Below are positions 8,863 through 19,115 of a stretch of DNA of 47,834 nucleotides, one piece after another (position 1 is the stretch's first letter; each line of letters begins with the position of its first letter). Position numbers and translations under genes: made by a program. Below the pieces are notes generated by a model. The model was not told where the DNA came from, made no database searches, and saw nothing but the letters and a program-made list of their open reading frames with translations. The DNA comes from Candidatus Vogelbacteria bacterium (GTDB lineage: Bacteria > Patescibacteriota > Minisyncoccia > Phycocordibacterales > XYD1-FULL-46-19): NCBI GenBank assembly GCA_016188295.1, contig JACPIA010000001.1:1-47834 (forward strand), given 5' to 3'.

Positions 8863-8879
8863 AAGATAATGAACTATAA
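8859..8879 (+). pseudogene. Possible 5' remnant of a HEPN/DUF86 toxin gene
   Basis: ATGA overlap with the MNT stop; reads MKDNEL* and is followed directly by a REP-like palindrome. Confidence 0.4.
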
Positions 8880-8881
8880 TT

Positions 8882-8905
8882 CTCCGGCAAGGCCTCGCCT
8901 TGACA
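8882..8905. repeat. REP-like palindrome
   Basis: ctccggcaaggc-ctc-gccttgaca; identical to 8433-8456 except for the 3 nt loop. Confidence 0.75.
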
Positions 8906-8974
8906 TACAACAATTCAGAAAACTGTGTACAAAAATCCGCTATCTGGCGGGTTTTTTGTTATAATAAAGTTGAT

Positions 8975-10705
8975 ATGCATCTTGATCCTCAAGAATTAAA
9001 AAAGTTTTTAGTTGACTCTGGTCTAGTCAGCAAGCGCGACGTCGAGGCGGCGATGGCCGAGTCCGCCACCAGTCACAAAGAGCTGTCGGAAGTTTTAATT
9101 AGTCAGGGTAAAATCCATGAGGACGACTTTCGTAAAGTGACGTCTTATTTGTTAGGTATTCCGTTTGTGGACTTAGCTAAAGAGCGGGTACCTAAAGAGA
9201 CGCTTGGTCTGATTCCCGAGCCAATTGCCCGCAAACACAATATCGTTGCCTATAAAAAAACCGACTCCGGTCTTGAGGTCGCGATGCTTGATCCGCTTGA
9301 CCTCGAGGCGATCGATTTTGTGCGCAAAGGTTTGGGGATCAAAATTTTACCGCGTTTAACTAATGTCGCTTCGATCAAGCAAGTTTTACTTCAATACCAA
9401 AAAAGTCTCAAGGCCGAATTTGGCGATTTGATCCGTGAGGATGCCGCTAAAATGGTCCGGACTGACGACACCCCGGAGGCGGAGAAAAAGTTAGCCGAGG
9501 ATGTGCCAGTGGTGCGGATGGTGGATACTTTAATTTCTCACGCCATCATCCAAAAAGCGTCCGACATTCACCTTGAGCCGTTTGAACAAGAGTTGGTAGT
9601 ACGCTATCGCATTGACGGTCTACTCCACGATGCGATGATTTTACCTAAAACGGTGACTCAAGCGATTGTTGCCCGGATCAAAGTGTTGGCCGGTCTCCGT
9701 TTGGATGAAAAGCGCTTACCGCAAGATGGTCGGTTTAAATTAGAATTGGCGGGGCAAAATGTGTCTTTCCGCGTCTCCTTACTCCCGACTTATTACGGAG
9801 AGAAAGTGGTCATGCGTTTACTGCCTGACTCGGTTCGCGGTTTTACTTTAGAGTCTCTGGGCTTTCATGGCGATAATTTGGAGCGGATTCACAAAGCGGC
9901 GCGCGCGGCGACAGGAATGATCTTAGTCACCGGCCCGACTGGTTCCGGCAAAACCACGACCTTGTATACGGTGTTAGAATTATTAAACACTCCCGATGTC
10001 AATATCTCGACAGTGGAAGATCCAATTGAATACCAAATCTCACGGATTAATCAAACTCAAGTTAAGCCCGACATTGGTCTCACCTTTGCTAATGGTTTAC
10101 GTTCACTGGTGCGCCAAGATCCGGATATTATTATGGTCGGCGAAATCCGCGATGAGGAAACGGCTAATTTGGCGGTTAATGCCTCTTTGACTGGTCATTT
10201 AGTGCTGTCCACTTTACACACCAACTCGGCGGCCGGAGCAATACCGCGCTTACTTGATATGAAGGTCGAACCATTTTTACTGGTTTCCACGATCAATGTG
10301 GTGATTGCCCAGCGTCTAGTTAGGCGGTTGGTGGCTAAAAAACCCTACAAACTGTCCCAAACCGAATTAACCGAATTATCCGAATACGTTGATTTGCCTC
10401 GATTACTTGATTGGCTCAAGAAAGAAAAAATAGTGCCGGCGACCGCTACTTGGTCGACGATCGACTTTTTTAAACCCGAACCAACTAGCGAGTCGATTGA
10501 TGGTTATGCTGATCGGATTGGTATCCATGAGGTCTTACCGATGTCTAATACCATCAAAGAATTGGTGATCAAAAGCGCTACGGCCGATGAGATCGAGCGT
10601 CAGGCTAAAAGTGAGGGGATGATGACGATGCTTGAGGACGGTCTGTTTAAAGCGGTCCAAGGTCTTACCACTATTGAGGAGGTCTTGCGCGTAGTCACTG
10701 AATAA
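8975..10705 (+). CDS. pilB: Type IV pilus assembly ATPase PilB/GspE
   Basis: ASDIHLEP, RLPQDGR, GPTGSGKTTT, TVEDPIE, RQDPDIIMVGEIRD, TGHLVLSTLH. Start placed at MHLD. Confidence 0.95.
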   Translation: MHLDPQELKKFLVDSGLVSKRDVEAAMAESATSHKELSEVLISQGKIHEDDFRKVTSYLLGIPFVDLAKERVPKETLGLIPEPIARKHNIVAYKKTDSGLEVAMLDPLDLEAIDFVRKGLGIKILPRLTNVASIKQVLLQYQKSLKAEFGDLIREDAAKMVRTDDTPEAEKKLAEDVPVVRMVDTLISHAIIQKASDIHLEPFEQELVVRYRIDGLLHDAMILPKTVTQAIVARIKVLAGLRLDEKRLPQDGRFKLELAGQNVSFRVSLLPTYYGEKVVMRLLPDSVRGFTLESLGFHGDNLERIHKAARAATGMILVTGPTGSGKTTTLYTVLELLNTPDVNISTVEDPIEYQISRINQTQVKPDIGLTFANGLRSLVRQDPDIIMVGEIRDEETANLAVNASLTGHLVLSTLHTNSAAGAIPRLLDMKVEPFLLVSTINVVIAQRLVRRLVAKKPYKLSQTELTELSEYVDLPRLLDWLKKEKIVPATATWSTIDFFKPEPTSESIDGYADRIGIHEVLPMSNTIKELVIKSATADEIERQAKSEGMMTMLEDGLFKAVQGLTTIEEVLRVVTE

Positions 10706-10706
10706 T

Positions 10707-11909
10707 ATGCAATTTAACTACAAAACCCAGACGGCCGATGGCCAAATTAATACCGGTGTTTTGGAGGCGGCTGATCGTTTTGGCGTCGCTCGAGTTTTAC
10801 GGGAGCGAGGCGAAGCTGTAATTCAAGTGAGCGAGGTTAATACCAGACGCTCTTGGTTTAAGTCGTTTAATTTACCAATTAGGATGCGCGAGCGGATTTT
10901 GTTTGCTACTAATTTAAGTGCCATGCTTAGTGCGGGGTTGCCCCTGGCTCGCGCCTTGCGAGTCTTGGGGCGTCAGCCATCCTCTCAGCAATTTAAGACT
11001 ATTATCGAGTCAGTGGCGCAAAGGATTGATGCTGGTAGTTTGTTAAGTAAAGCTTTGGGCGAGTTTCCTAAGGCTTTTTCACCAATTTTTATTGCCATGG
11101 TTAAAGCGGCCGAGAGCTCGGGGACCGTGCCGCAGACCTTACTTACTTTAGGTGACCAATTGCAAAAAAGTTATGATCTGAGGCGTAAAATCCGTGGAGC
11201 AATGATTTACCCGGCGATTATTATCTTGTTAATTATCGCCATTGCTATTTTAATGATTATGTTTGTGATCCCAACCTTGATCACCACCTTTACCGAGTTG
11301 CACGTGGACTTGCCACTTTCGACTAGGATTGTGATTGGGATCAGCTCCCTTATCATCAATCATTATTTGTTTTTAATTTTTGTAGTGGCCCTAGTCTTGT
11401 TGGGTATTTTTAGCGCTTTGAACAGCAGACTGGGTCGCCGTCTTTTTTGCATCGGTCTGCTTCGCTTGCCAGTGATTGGTAACTTGAGTCGGGAGACCAA
11501 TGCCGCTTTAATTATGCGGACCACCGCCTCCTTATTGATCGCTGGAGTAAGTATGGTCGAAGCGGTGGAGATTGCGGCAACAGTCAGTCAGAATGTATTG
11601 TATCAAGAGGCGTTAATCGAGGCGGCTCAAAAAATTGAGAAGGGCATCAGTTTGTCGGCTATTTTTGCCGCCCGGCCTTATTTATATTTGCCACTCGTTC
11701 CGGAATTGACCGAGGTGGGGGAAGAGACCGGAGCTTTGTCCGATATGTTAATTCGTGGTGCCACCTTTTTTGAAACGGAGGTTGATCAGGCCATTAAAAA
11801 TATTTCAACCATTATTGAGCCACTCTTAATGATTGTAGTGGGTAGTGCCGTTGGCTTTTTTGCCTTAGCTTTACTCTCGCCGATTTACTCTTTGTCTAAT
11901 GTTTTTTAA
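10707..11909 (+). CDS. pilC: Type IV pilus inner-membrane platform protein PilC/GspF
   Basis: LSAMLSAGLPL, KIRGAMIYP, VGEETGAL, IEPLLMIVVG. Confidence 0.95.
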   Translation: MQFNYKTQTADGQINTGVLEAADRFGVARVLRERGEAVIQVSEVNTRRSWFKSFNLPIRMRERILFATNLSAMLSAGLPLARALRVLGRQPSSQQFKTIIESVAQRIDAGSLLSKALGEFPKAFSPIFIAMVKAAESSGTVPQTLLTLGDQLQKSYDLRRKIRGAMIYPAIIILLIIAIAILMIMFVIPTLITTFTELHVDLPLSTRIVIGISSLIINHYLFLIFVVALVLLGIFSALNSRLGRRLFCIGLLRLPVIGNLSRETNAALIMRTTASLLIAGVSMVEAVEIAATVSQNVLYQEALIEAAQKIEKGISLSAIFAARPYLYLPLVPELTEVGEETGALSDMLIRGATFFETEVDQAIKNISTIIEPLLMIVVGSAVGFFALALLSPIYSLSNVF

Positions 11910-11915
11910 ATAATA

Positions 11916-12353
11916 ATGAAACGTGGTTTTACTATTTTAGAATTACTGATAACCGTAGTAATTATGGCGCTGTTAAGTAGTTTAGTGTTGTGGTCTGGTG
12001 GCCGGTTGCGCGAGCGGGCCGTAGTCAAAGCCACTACTCAAGAGATTGCTAGTGATATTAGTAAAGCCCAAAGCCAAGCGCAGTCCGGCTTAAATGGCAA
12101 TGCTTACGGTATTAGGGTATTGGCTACTAGTACCGTTTTGTTTTTGGGAGCCAGTTTCAGTCCAGTCAATGTGATTAAGACTTACGTCACACCAGCTAAT
12201 ATTAGTTTAAGTATTTCACCAACTGGCGATTTAGTCTTTAGTCGCTTAACCGGCCAATTAGTTAGTGCCACTACTGTCGTCATTACGGTTACCGGTACCG
12301 CGACCATCAAGCAAATTAGCATTAATCCTAATGGAGCGATCAGTGTACAATAA
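11916..12353 (+). CDS. Minor pilin (FimT/GspH-like)
   Basis: Prepilin motif MKRG|FTILE followed by a hydrophobic helix. Confidence 0.9.
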   Translation: MKRGFTILELLITVVIMALLSSLVLWSGGRLRERAVVKATTQEIASDISKAQSQAQSGLNGNAYGIRVLATSTVLFLGASFSPVNVIKTYVTPANISLSISPTGDLVFSRLTGQLVSATTVVITVTGTATIKQISINPNGAISVQ

Positions 12354-12360
12354 CAAAGAT

Positions 12361-12831
12361 ATGGCTTCTCGTGGCTTTAGTTTAGTTGAAGTGTTGATTA
12401 GTGTCAGTATTATTTTAATTTTAGCCATTAGTGTGGTGGGAGTATTCCAATTTTCCGGTACCTTAGCTCGTCGCAGTTTAGATCGGACTATTGCCACTAA
12501 TTTGGCCGAAGAGACTTTAGAAGTGGCTAAATTGTGGCGCGACCAAAGTTGGACCACGCAAATTAGCCCTAAAACCAATAGCACTAATTATTATTTAGCT
12601 TTTGCCACTAGTACCTGGCAGGCCACCACTACCGCAGTATGGCCTTTTGGACGCTTTGAGCGCAAATTAGTTTTTACTCCAGTGTACCGCGATAGTAATG
12701 ACAATATCGCTTCAGGTGGGACCTTAGATGTTGGTAGCCGTATTGTAACCGCTACTATTGCTTGGCGGGAACGTAATGCAACTAGTACTTATCAGCTTTC
12801 GGTCTTAATTACTAATCAATTTAGTAATTAA
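12361..12831 (+). CDS. Minor pilin (PilV/GspI-like)
   Basis: Prepilin motif SRG|FSLVE; start placed at MASRG. Confidence 0.88.
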   Translation: MASRGFSLVEVLISVSIILILAISVVGVFQFSGTLARRSLDRTIATNLAEETLEVAKLWRDQSWTTQISPKTNSTNYYLAFATSTWQATTTAVWPFGRFERKLVFTPVYRDSNDNIASGGTLDVGSRIVTATIAWRERNATSTYQLSVLITNQFSN

Positions 12832-12832
12832 T

Positions 12833-13354
12833 ATGACTAAATTTAATTTACAGCGCGGGGTGACTTTGGTGGAAATGCTCATTGTCAGTGCTTTTGTAAT
12901 TGTTATTTTGTTATTGATTGTAGTTTTATCCACCGCTTTGTACAAAGCGGTGCCTCACTACCAAGTGACTCGCGAATTGGCTCGGGACAGTGGTAATGCT
13001 CTCAATCGTTTGGGTTATGAAGTTAGAGGAGCTTCGGCGATAGTGTTAGGGAGTAGTACTTTAGGTGCCACCTCAAGTGTTTTAATGTTGTCGGGTCATT
13101 TAGCTGATGATACGGCTTATACTACCACCTTTAAGCTGGATCATGGCCAGCTAATGATCGCGCGAGATAATGCTCCTTTCCAAGCGCTCACTTCATCTCA
13201 AATTACAGTCAATAGTTTTATGGTTTATCGGCTAGTTACACTCCATTCGGAAGCAGTTTATGTTACGCTAGATGTAGTAGCGAGCACCACTGGTTTGACT
13301 CTGGGTCGCACTTTTGAAAATACAATCATTTTACGGGGCAGTTATGTGGAATAA
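12833..13354 (+). CDS. Minor pilin (PilW/GspJ-like)
   Basis: Prepilin motif QRG|VTLVE. Confidence 0.88.
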   Translation: MTKFNLQRGVTLVEMLIVSAFVIVILLLIVVLSTALYKAVPHYQVTRELARDSGNALNRLGYEVRGASAIVLGSSTLGATSSVLMLSGHLADDTAYTTTFKLDHGQLMIARDNAPFQALTSSQITVNSFMVYRLVTLHSEAVYVTLDVVASTTGLTLGRTFENTIILRGSYVE

Positions 13355-14627
13355 ATATCCTTACAATCAAGGCCAGGCGCTGATTACGACGGTGGTTATT
13401 TTAATTTCTCTCGCCAGCGCTACCATCGCCGGGATTGTCAATCCGATTATTAATGATTATCGTTCGGTTAAAGGTAATGCCTTGTCGCATCAAAGTTTTT
13501 TTACTGCCGAATCGGGCACTGAGGACGGTATTTATCGCTTAAAAACCAATAAAAAGACCAGCGCGATACAAACGCTTTCGCTCGGCAATGCTTGGGCTAC
13601 CACCACTATTAGCACCTCTGGTCAGAATAAAGTGGTTACCGCTACCGGCAATGCCAGTCAATATCTTCGCTCGTTGCGTTCGGTTTTAAGTTTAGGTACC
13701 GGTGCCAGCTTTAATTTTGGAGTACAGAGTGATCAGGGAGGTTTTGTAATGGAGAACAACTCTTCCGTCAGTGGTAATCTATACTCCAACGGTTCGATTA
13801 TTGGTTCCGGCTCCAGTATTATCCGAGGTGATGTGATCTCAGCTGGGCCCGCCGGTTTAGTTGATGGGATTCATGCGACTGGCACCGTCTATGCTCACAC
13901 TATCCGCAATGTCTTAATTGATGGCGATGCTTATTATCAGGTCATAAGCAATTCCACTGTGAGAGGCGCTTCTCATCCCAATAGTGCGGACCAAGCCACT
14001 AGCTCTCTGCCGATTAGTGATGACATGATTACCGAGTGGGAAAATGATGCCACAGCTGGGATCACGATTACTACTCCCTGTCCTTACGTGCTTAATAGTA
14101 ATGCCACCATTGGGCCGGCTAAAATTGATTGTAATTTAGAAATATCAGGTAACCCTACCATCACTATTGCCGGACCTATTTGGGTCAAGGGCAATATTAC
14201 AATCAGAAATAATCCGATTATTAAGGTGGCTAGTGCTATTGGCAACCAAAGCGTGGCGATAGTGGCCGATAATCCGACTAATCGCTTAACCTCCAGTAAA
14301 ATTATTTTAGATAATGGCGCCGAATTCCGGGGTTCCGGCACCGCCGGTTCTTACGTTTTATTGGTGTCGCAAAATAATAGTGCCGAGATGGTCGGCATAG
14401 AGCAGGCGATCAATGTCGATAATTCAGTCAATGGTGCCTTATTGCTTTATGCGGGTCATGGCGAGATTCGTTTAGACAATAGTGATGAGTTAAAACAAAT
14501 CACGGCCTATCGTATTCGTTTACGTAATAGTGCCGAAGTAAAATATGAATTGGGTATTGCCTCACTCTTATTTACCTCGGGACCTGGTGGGACGTGGAAG
14601 CTCTCCGATTGGTTTGAGACGGAATAG
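13344..14627 (+). CDS. PilX/GspK-like large minor pilin
   Basis: NQG|QALIT (no E5), SFFTAESGTEDGIYRL PilX-type motif, beta-rich C-terminus. Confidence 0.85.
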   Translation: MWNKYPYNQGQALITTVVILISLASATIAGIVNPIINDYRSVKGNALSHQSFFTAESGTEDGIYRLKTNKKTSAIQTLSLGNAWATTTISTSGQNKVVTATGNASQYLRSLRSVLSLGTGASFNFGVQSDQGGFVMENNSSVSGNLYSNGSIIGSGSSIIRGDVISAGPAGLVDGIHATGTVYAHTIRNVLIDGDAYYQVISNSTVRGASHPNSADQATSSLPISDDMITEWENDATAGITITTPCPYVLNSNATIGPAKIDCNLEISGNPTITIAGPIWVKGNITIRNNPIIKVASAIGNQSVAIVADNPTNRLTSSKIILDNGAEFRGSGTAGSYVLLVSQNNSAEMVGIEQAINVDNSVNGALLLYAGHGEIRLDNSDELKQITAYRIRLRNSAEVKYELGIASLLFTSGPGGTWKLSDWFETE

Positions 14628-14650
14628 TCGGTTATACTGTAAGGGTTATT

Positions 14651-15415
14651 ATGGCTAGATCCAGATTAATTGTCGCTAATTGGAAGTTAAATCCCACCAC
14701 TTTAGCTGAAGCTAAACGGCTCGCCTTAGCCGCTAAGGCTGCCAGCGCTAAAGCTAAAAAAGTCCAAGTAGTGCTTTGTCCGCCGGCGGTTTACTTGGCC
14801 ACTCTTTTAACGGCTCCGGGTAAATTACTCTTTGGTGCTCAAGATACCTTTACCGAGTTTGAAGGGGCTTTTACTGGCGAGATATCGCCGCTTCAGCTCC
14901 GTGATTTGGGAGTCAAATATGTCATCGTCGGCCATTCAGAAAGAAGAAAAAGAGGAGATACTTTAGAGGTGATTGCCGCCAAGACTCGCGCGGTGTTAAA
15001 GACTAATCTGGCGCCGATTATTTGCATTGGTGAGGATAAACGCGATGGGGACGGTGATTATTTAGAAGGATTAGTGCGTGAATTGGAATTTATCTTAGAT
15101 AAAGTACCACGTCAGGCCGCTAAACGGATTGTTTTGGCTTATGAGCCACGTTGGGCCATTGGGGCATTAGCTACTGGCGCGGACACACCGGAGCAATTTT
15201 TACATCATGCGATTTTCTTGCGTAAAACTCTTGTTAATTTATTTGGTAAAGAAATTGGTATGAGTCTGCCAATTTTATATGGAGGCTCGGTTAATGTTAA
15301 AAATGCCGACAGTTTTTTAACTGTCGGCCAAGCGGATGGCTTATTGATTGGGCGAGAATCACTCCAAATTAAAAATTTAGTGGAGATTATCAAATTAGCG
15401 GCCAAAGCGGTATGA
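14651..15415 (+). CDS. tpiA: Triosephosphate isomerase
   Basis: VANWKLN, GAFTGEIS, VGHSERR, AYEPRWAIG, LYGGSV. Confidence 0.97.
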   Translation: MARSRLIVANWKLNPTTLAEAKRLALAAKAASAKAKKVQVVLCPPAVYLATLLTAPGKLLFGAQDTFTEFEGAFTGEISPLQLRDLGVKYVIVGHSERRKRGDTLEVIAAKTRAVLKTNLAPIICIGEDKRDGDGDYLEGLVRELEFILDKVPRQAAKRIVLAYEPRWAIGALATGADTPEQFLHHAIFLRKTLVNLFGKEIGMSLPILYGGSVNVKNADSFLTVGQADGLLIGRESLQIKNLVEIIKLAAKAV

Positions 15416-16536
15416 AAATGCCTTTTCAGTCAGTAGATCAATTAACCAGGCGTGAGCTTAGGGGTAAAAAAGTATTGGTCCGGCTTGATACCAATGTCTC
15501 TTTTGTTGATGGAGCGGTGGCTGATCCGAGTAGATTGATCGCTTCAGTGCCAACGATTGATTTTTTAATTAAGGCCGGCGTCAAGCAAATTTTCATTATT
15601 GGTCATGTCGAGCATAAGGCCTCGCTCCGGCCGGTGGCCGGGTGGTTACGCAAAAAATACGCTTTAGATTTTGTGGCTGATAGCGAGGAAGCTCGCGTAG
15701 CTAGGAATCAAATAGTATTACTGGAGAATTTGCGCCATGATCCGCGGGAGGAGAAAAATGATTTAGCATTAGCTTATGACTTGGCTAATTTGGCTGATCA
15801 TTACATTAATGATGCTTTCTCCGTCTCACATCGTACTCACACTTCGATTATCTCGGTGCCTAAATTATTACCGACTTATGCCGGACTGCGTTTTGTGACT
15901 GAGTATGAAGCCTTGGTTCCTCTCCTTAGTGCTGACGAACCGACTTTGCTTATTTTAGGTGGAGCTAAATTTAAGACTAAATTACCAGTGATCGAAGCCT
16001 TTTTACCCAAAGCCAAAAATATTTTTATTGGCGGGGCACTAGCGCATGTGTTTTTTCGGAAAAAAAAATGGGAGATCGGTCGGTCACTTATTGATGATCA
16101 GGCTAAGTTGTCTACTACTATCTTAAAGAGTAAAAAAAATATTTTACCACTTGATGTGGTGGTGATTGATCGAACTAGTCCACGAGTCAAATTAGCCAGT
16201 GCGGTGGAGTCTAATGAGACGATTGTAGATGCCGGACCGGAAACAATTAAACTATTAACCGAACAATTAAAAAATGTTAAACGAGTAATTTGGAATGGGC
16301 CGATTGGTAATTATGAAGCTAATTTTATTAAAGGGACGCGCGATTTAGCTCAAGCGATTATCAGCAGTGGTGTTTATTCAGTAGTGGGTGGGGGGGATAC
16401 TTTAGCCGCTTTGGCTGGCACTCCTTATTTAAACCAATTCTCCTTTGTTTCCTTAGCGGGTGGCGCGATGCTTGAGTTTTTAGCCACCGGCACCTTGCCC
16501 GGGATTAAGGCATTAACTTTAAAGCGTCGCCGTTAA
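15412..16536 (+). CDS. pgk: Phosphoglycerate kinase
   Basis: VRLDTNV, LLENLR, LGGAKF, WNGPIG, GGGDT, GGAMLEFL. Confidence 0.96.
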   Translation: MKMPFQSVDQLTRRELRGKKVLVRLDTNVSFVDGAVADPSRLIASVPTIDFLIKAGVKQIFIIGHVEHKASLRPVAGWLRKKYALDFVADSEEARVARNQIVLLENLRHDPREEKNDLALAYDLANLADHYINDAFSVSHRTHTSIISVPKLLPTYAGLRFVTEYEALVPLLSADEPTLLILGGAKFKTKLPVIEAFLPKAKNIFIGGALAHVFFRKKKWEIGRSLIDDQAKLSTTILKSKKNILPLDVVVIDRTSPRVKLASAVESNETIVDAGPETIKLLTEQLKNVKRVIWNGPIGNYEANFIKGTRDLAQAIISSGVYSVVGGGDTLAALAGTPYLNQFSFVSLAGGAMLEFLATGTLPGIKALTLKRRR

Positions 16537-16855
16537 AACGAGGAATTAAATGAATATGGGTGTGGTCTATAATTTGACCAGCGGTTCGGCCATTATTAAT
16601 GGCAATATTGAGACCATCAGCCTGATTGTTTAATTTTACTTCTTGGCCGAGTTTTTGGAGCACGGGACCCAGTTTGGCGAGCAAGTCTTCTGGTAGATCT
16701 AATAAATTAAGATAATGAGCTTTAGGCATTAGTAAGGTGTGACCAGAACTGATCGGTTTAATATCCAAGATAGCGATAAAATCAGTATCCTCGTAAACTC
16801 TTTGAGAAGATATTTGGCCGTTAATGATTTGGCAAAACAAACAGTCATTGGTCAT
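16505..16855 (-). CDS. HIT family hydrolase
   Basis: DCLFCQII and HTHIHLIPR triad; overlaps the 3' end of pgk convergently by 32 nt. Confidence 0.95.
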   Translation of the reverse strand: MTNDCLFCQIINGQISSQRVYEDTDFIAILDIKPISSGHTLLMPKAHYLNLLDLPEDLLAKLGPVLQKLGQEVKLNNQADGLNIAINNGRTAGQIIDHTHIHLIPRFNGDALKLMP

Positions 16856-16878
16856 AATGATGTTATAATCATAATCCT

Positions 16879-18489
16879 ATGGAGTGGAAAAAGAAAGACT
16901 TAACTCTGCCACCAAGCCCACTCGTACCGGATTATGAGCGCGATTTGCTCGATCCGTTTTTATTTAAGGGGATGGATAAAGCGGTTGAGCGGATTTTGAC
17001 GGCACTGACCAATAAAGAAAAAATTATTATTTTTGGCGACTATGACGCTGACGGAGTGCCGGCTACGGCGCTCTTGGCTTCTTTTTTTAATCAAATCGGT
17101 TTTACTTTTTATGATATTTTTATTCCTGATCGACATCTCGAATCGTACGGTTTGTCGTTGGAGCGAGTTAAGGAGTTTGCCGCTGATGACGTTAAATTAA
17201 TCATTACCGTTGATTGTGGTATTACTGATATAGCCGAAGTCGATTTAGCTAATAAACAAGGTATTGATGTTATTATCACCGATCATCACTTGCCGCCGGC
17301 CGTACGGCCGGCGGCTGAGGTCATTATTAATGCTAAACAAGCTGATGATCGCTATCCGTTTAAAGAATTATGTGGCAGTGGTGTTGCTTTTAAATTAGTC
17401 CAGGCGCTCATTACCCGGGGTAATTTTAATTTACCCAAAGGATGGGAAAAATGGTTGCTTGATCTAGTGGCGGTAGCGACAATTAGTGATATGGTGCCAC
17501 TGACGGGAGAAAATCGAGTTTTGACCCACTTTGGCCTGATCGTACTTCGTAAGACTAAACGAGTGGGGCTTAAAGCCTTATTGGCGGCCCTTAAGCTAAA
17601 TCCGCGTTTTGTGACCGAAGATGATATTGGTTTTATGGTTGGGCCGCGGATTAACTCGGCCTCGCGGATGGGTCACGCTTCCGAAGCTTACAACTTATTA
17701 ATGACTGAAGATGTCGAAACGGCGGCGACTATCGCCAAAAATCTGGATACTAAAAATACCGCTCGCAAAGGAGCAGTCGAGAACATTTTAAAAGCGGTCG
17801 AGGGTCTGGTTGGTACTAAAGAACCATTGCCAGTGTTGGTGGTGGGACAAAATGATTTTTCCCCCGGCATCCTTGGGTTGGTCGCTAGTCGATTAGTGGA
17901 AAAATATCGGCGGCCGGCGTTTGTGTGGGGTAAAACCGAGTTCGGTGAGATCAAAGGCTCGGGGCGCTCTGATGGCTCGGTTAACTTGGTGGAGTTGATG
18001 CGAGCGGCCGGCGATAATTTATTCAGTGATTTGGGCGGCCATGTGATGGCGGCTGGGTTTACCTTGTTGCCTGGGAAAGAGGGGGAATTAAACGACAAGT
18101 TAAATGCCGTCTATAATCAGGTTAAACAAGCGACCATGTCGAGTGTTATTTTTTACGATCGGGAGCTGACACTTGATGGATGTACGGAAGCTACTTGGCG
18201 GGTAATCGAACAGTGGGCGCCTTTTGGTGTAGGTAATACCAAGCCGGTGTTTCTATTTAACAAACTTAAAGTGTTTCAAGTTAAAATGTTTGGTAATGGC
18301 GGTATCCATCTGGAGTTAACTTTTAAAACCAATCAAAGTAAAAATATTTGCGCCATCGGCTTTTTTTATACCAAAGATCTAAAAGTGACAGCAGGGGAGA
18401 CTATTGATCTCTTAGCCACAATGGAAAAATCCTACTTCCGCGGTATCCCCGAGCTCCGCCTCCGTATTGTTGATTTGAAGAAGGCCTAA
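16879..18489 (+). CDS. recJ: ssDNA exonuclease RecJ
   Basis: GDYDADG, ITVDCG, ITDHH, GPRINSASR, KGSGRS, GGHVMAAG. Confidence 0.96.
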   Translation: MEWKKKDLTLPPSPLVPDYERDLLDPFLFKGMDKAVERILTALTNKEKIIIFGDYDADGVPATALLASFFNQIGFTFYDIFIPDRHLESYGLSLERVKEFAADDVKLIITVDCGITDIAEVDLANKQGIDVIITDHHLPPAVRPAAEVIINAKQADDRYPFKELCGSGVAFKLVQALITRGNFNLPKGWEKWLLDLVAVATISDMVPLTGENRVLTHFGLIVLRKTKRVGLKALLAALKLNPRFVTEDDIGFMVGPRINSASRMGHASEAYNLLMTEDVETAATIAKNLDTKNTARKGAVENILKAVEGLVGTKEPLPVLVVGQNDFSPGILGLVASRLVEKYRRPAFVWGKTEFGEIKGSGRSDGSVNLVELMRAAGDNLFSDLGGHVMAAGFTLLPGKEGELNDKLNAVYNQVKQATMSSVIFYDRELTLDGCTEATWRVIEQWAPFGVGNTKPVFLFNKLKVFQVKMFGNGGIHLELTFKTNQSKNICAIGFFYTKDLKVTAGETIDLLATMEKSYFRGIPELRLRIVDLKKA

Positions 18490-18503
18490 AAATCAGTCTA
18501 GCC

Positions 18504-18528
18504 ATTATCAAGGCCTTGCCTTGATAAT
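18504..18528. repeat. REP-like palindrome
   Basis: attatcaaggc-ctt-gccttgataat; 18503-18524 is identical over 22 nt to 26915-26936. Confidence 0.75.
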
Positions 18529-18548
18529 CCGTGAGACGGAAAGGAGAT

Positions 18549-18582
18549 GCCCCGTATTCCGAAAGGAAGGCGGGGTTTTATT
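18549..18582 (+). terminator. Intrinsic terminator after recJ
   Basis: gccccg-ta-ttcc-gaaa-ggaa-gg-cggggt followed by tttatt. Confidence 0.55.
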
Positions 18583-18673
18583 ATTCCAAAAAATACGCTA
18601 TAGCATATATTTTGGTGTAATCTAAAATTCTCAAATCTGCACGTAGGCGTGAATTTGATATACTTGACGCTAT

Positions 18674-19108
18674 ATGGCTCTTAAATTAATCGTCAATACC
18701 GATGGTGGTGCTAGAGGTAATCCCGGTCCAGCCGGAGTGGGGGTGGTGATTACCAGTGAGAATGGCCAGGTCCTTAAAACTATCTCCCAAGGCATTGGTG
18801 TTGCTACTAACAACGAGGCTGAGTATAAAGCGGTTATTTTAGCTCTCGAGACATTAAAAAATATGTATGGCTCAAAAGTACATAATTATGATATTGAACT
18901 CCGCTTGGATAGTGAGTTGGTCCAAAAGCAATTAACCAGAGAATATAAAGTTAAAGAAGAGCGATTAAAGGTATTTTTTACGCAAATTGTCACATTACAA
19001 CTTAAAGATGTGCCCAAAGTGCATTTTGTCCATATTCCTCGCACCCAAAATAAAATAGCTGATCGATTAGCTAATGAAGCGATGGATGCCCAGTGTTACT
19101 TAATTTAA
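18674..19108 (+). CDS. rnhA: Ribonuclease HI
   Basis: TDGGARGNPGPAG, TNNEAEY, DSELV, N..ADRLANEAMD. Confidence 0.95.
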   Translation: MALKLIVNTDGGARGNPGPAGVGVVITSENGQVLKTISQGIGVATNNEAEYKAVILALETLKNMYGSKVHNYDIELRLDSELVQKQLTREYKVKEERLKVFFTQIVTLQLKDVPKVHFVHIPRTQNKIADRLANEAMDAQCYLI

Positions 19109-19115
19109 GTCCAGT

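Noticed and set aside
16505-16536. pgk/HIT convergent overlap as a regulatory feature
   Set aside because: Short 3' overlaps are ordinary in compact genomes.
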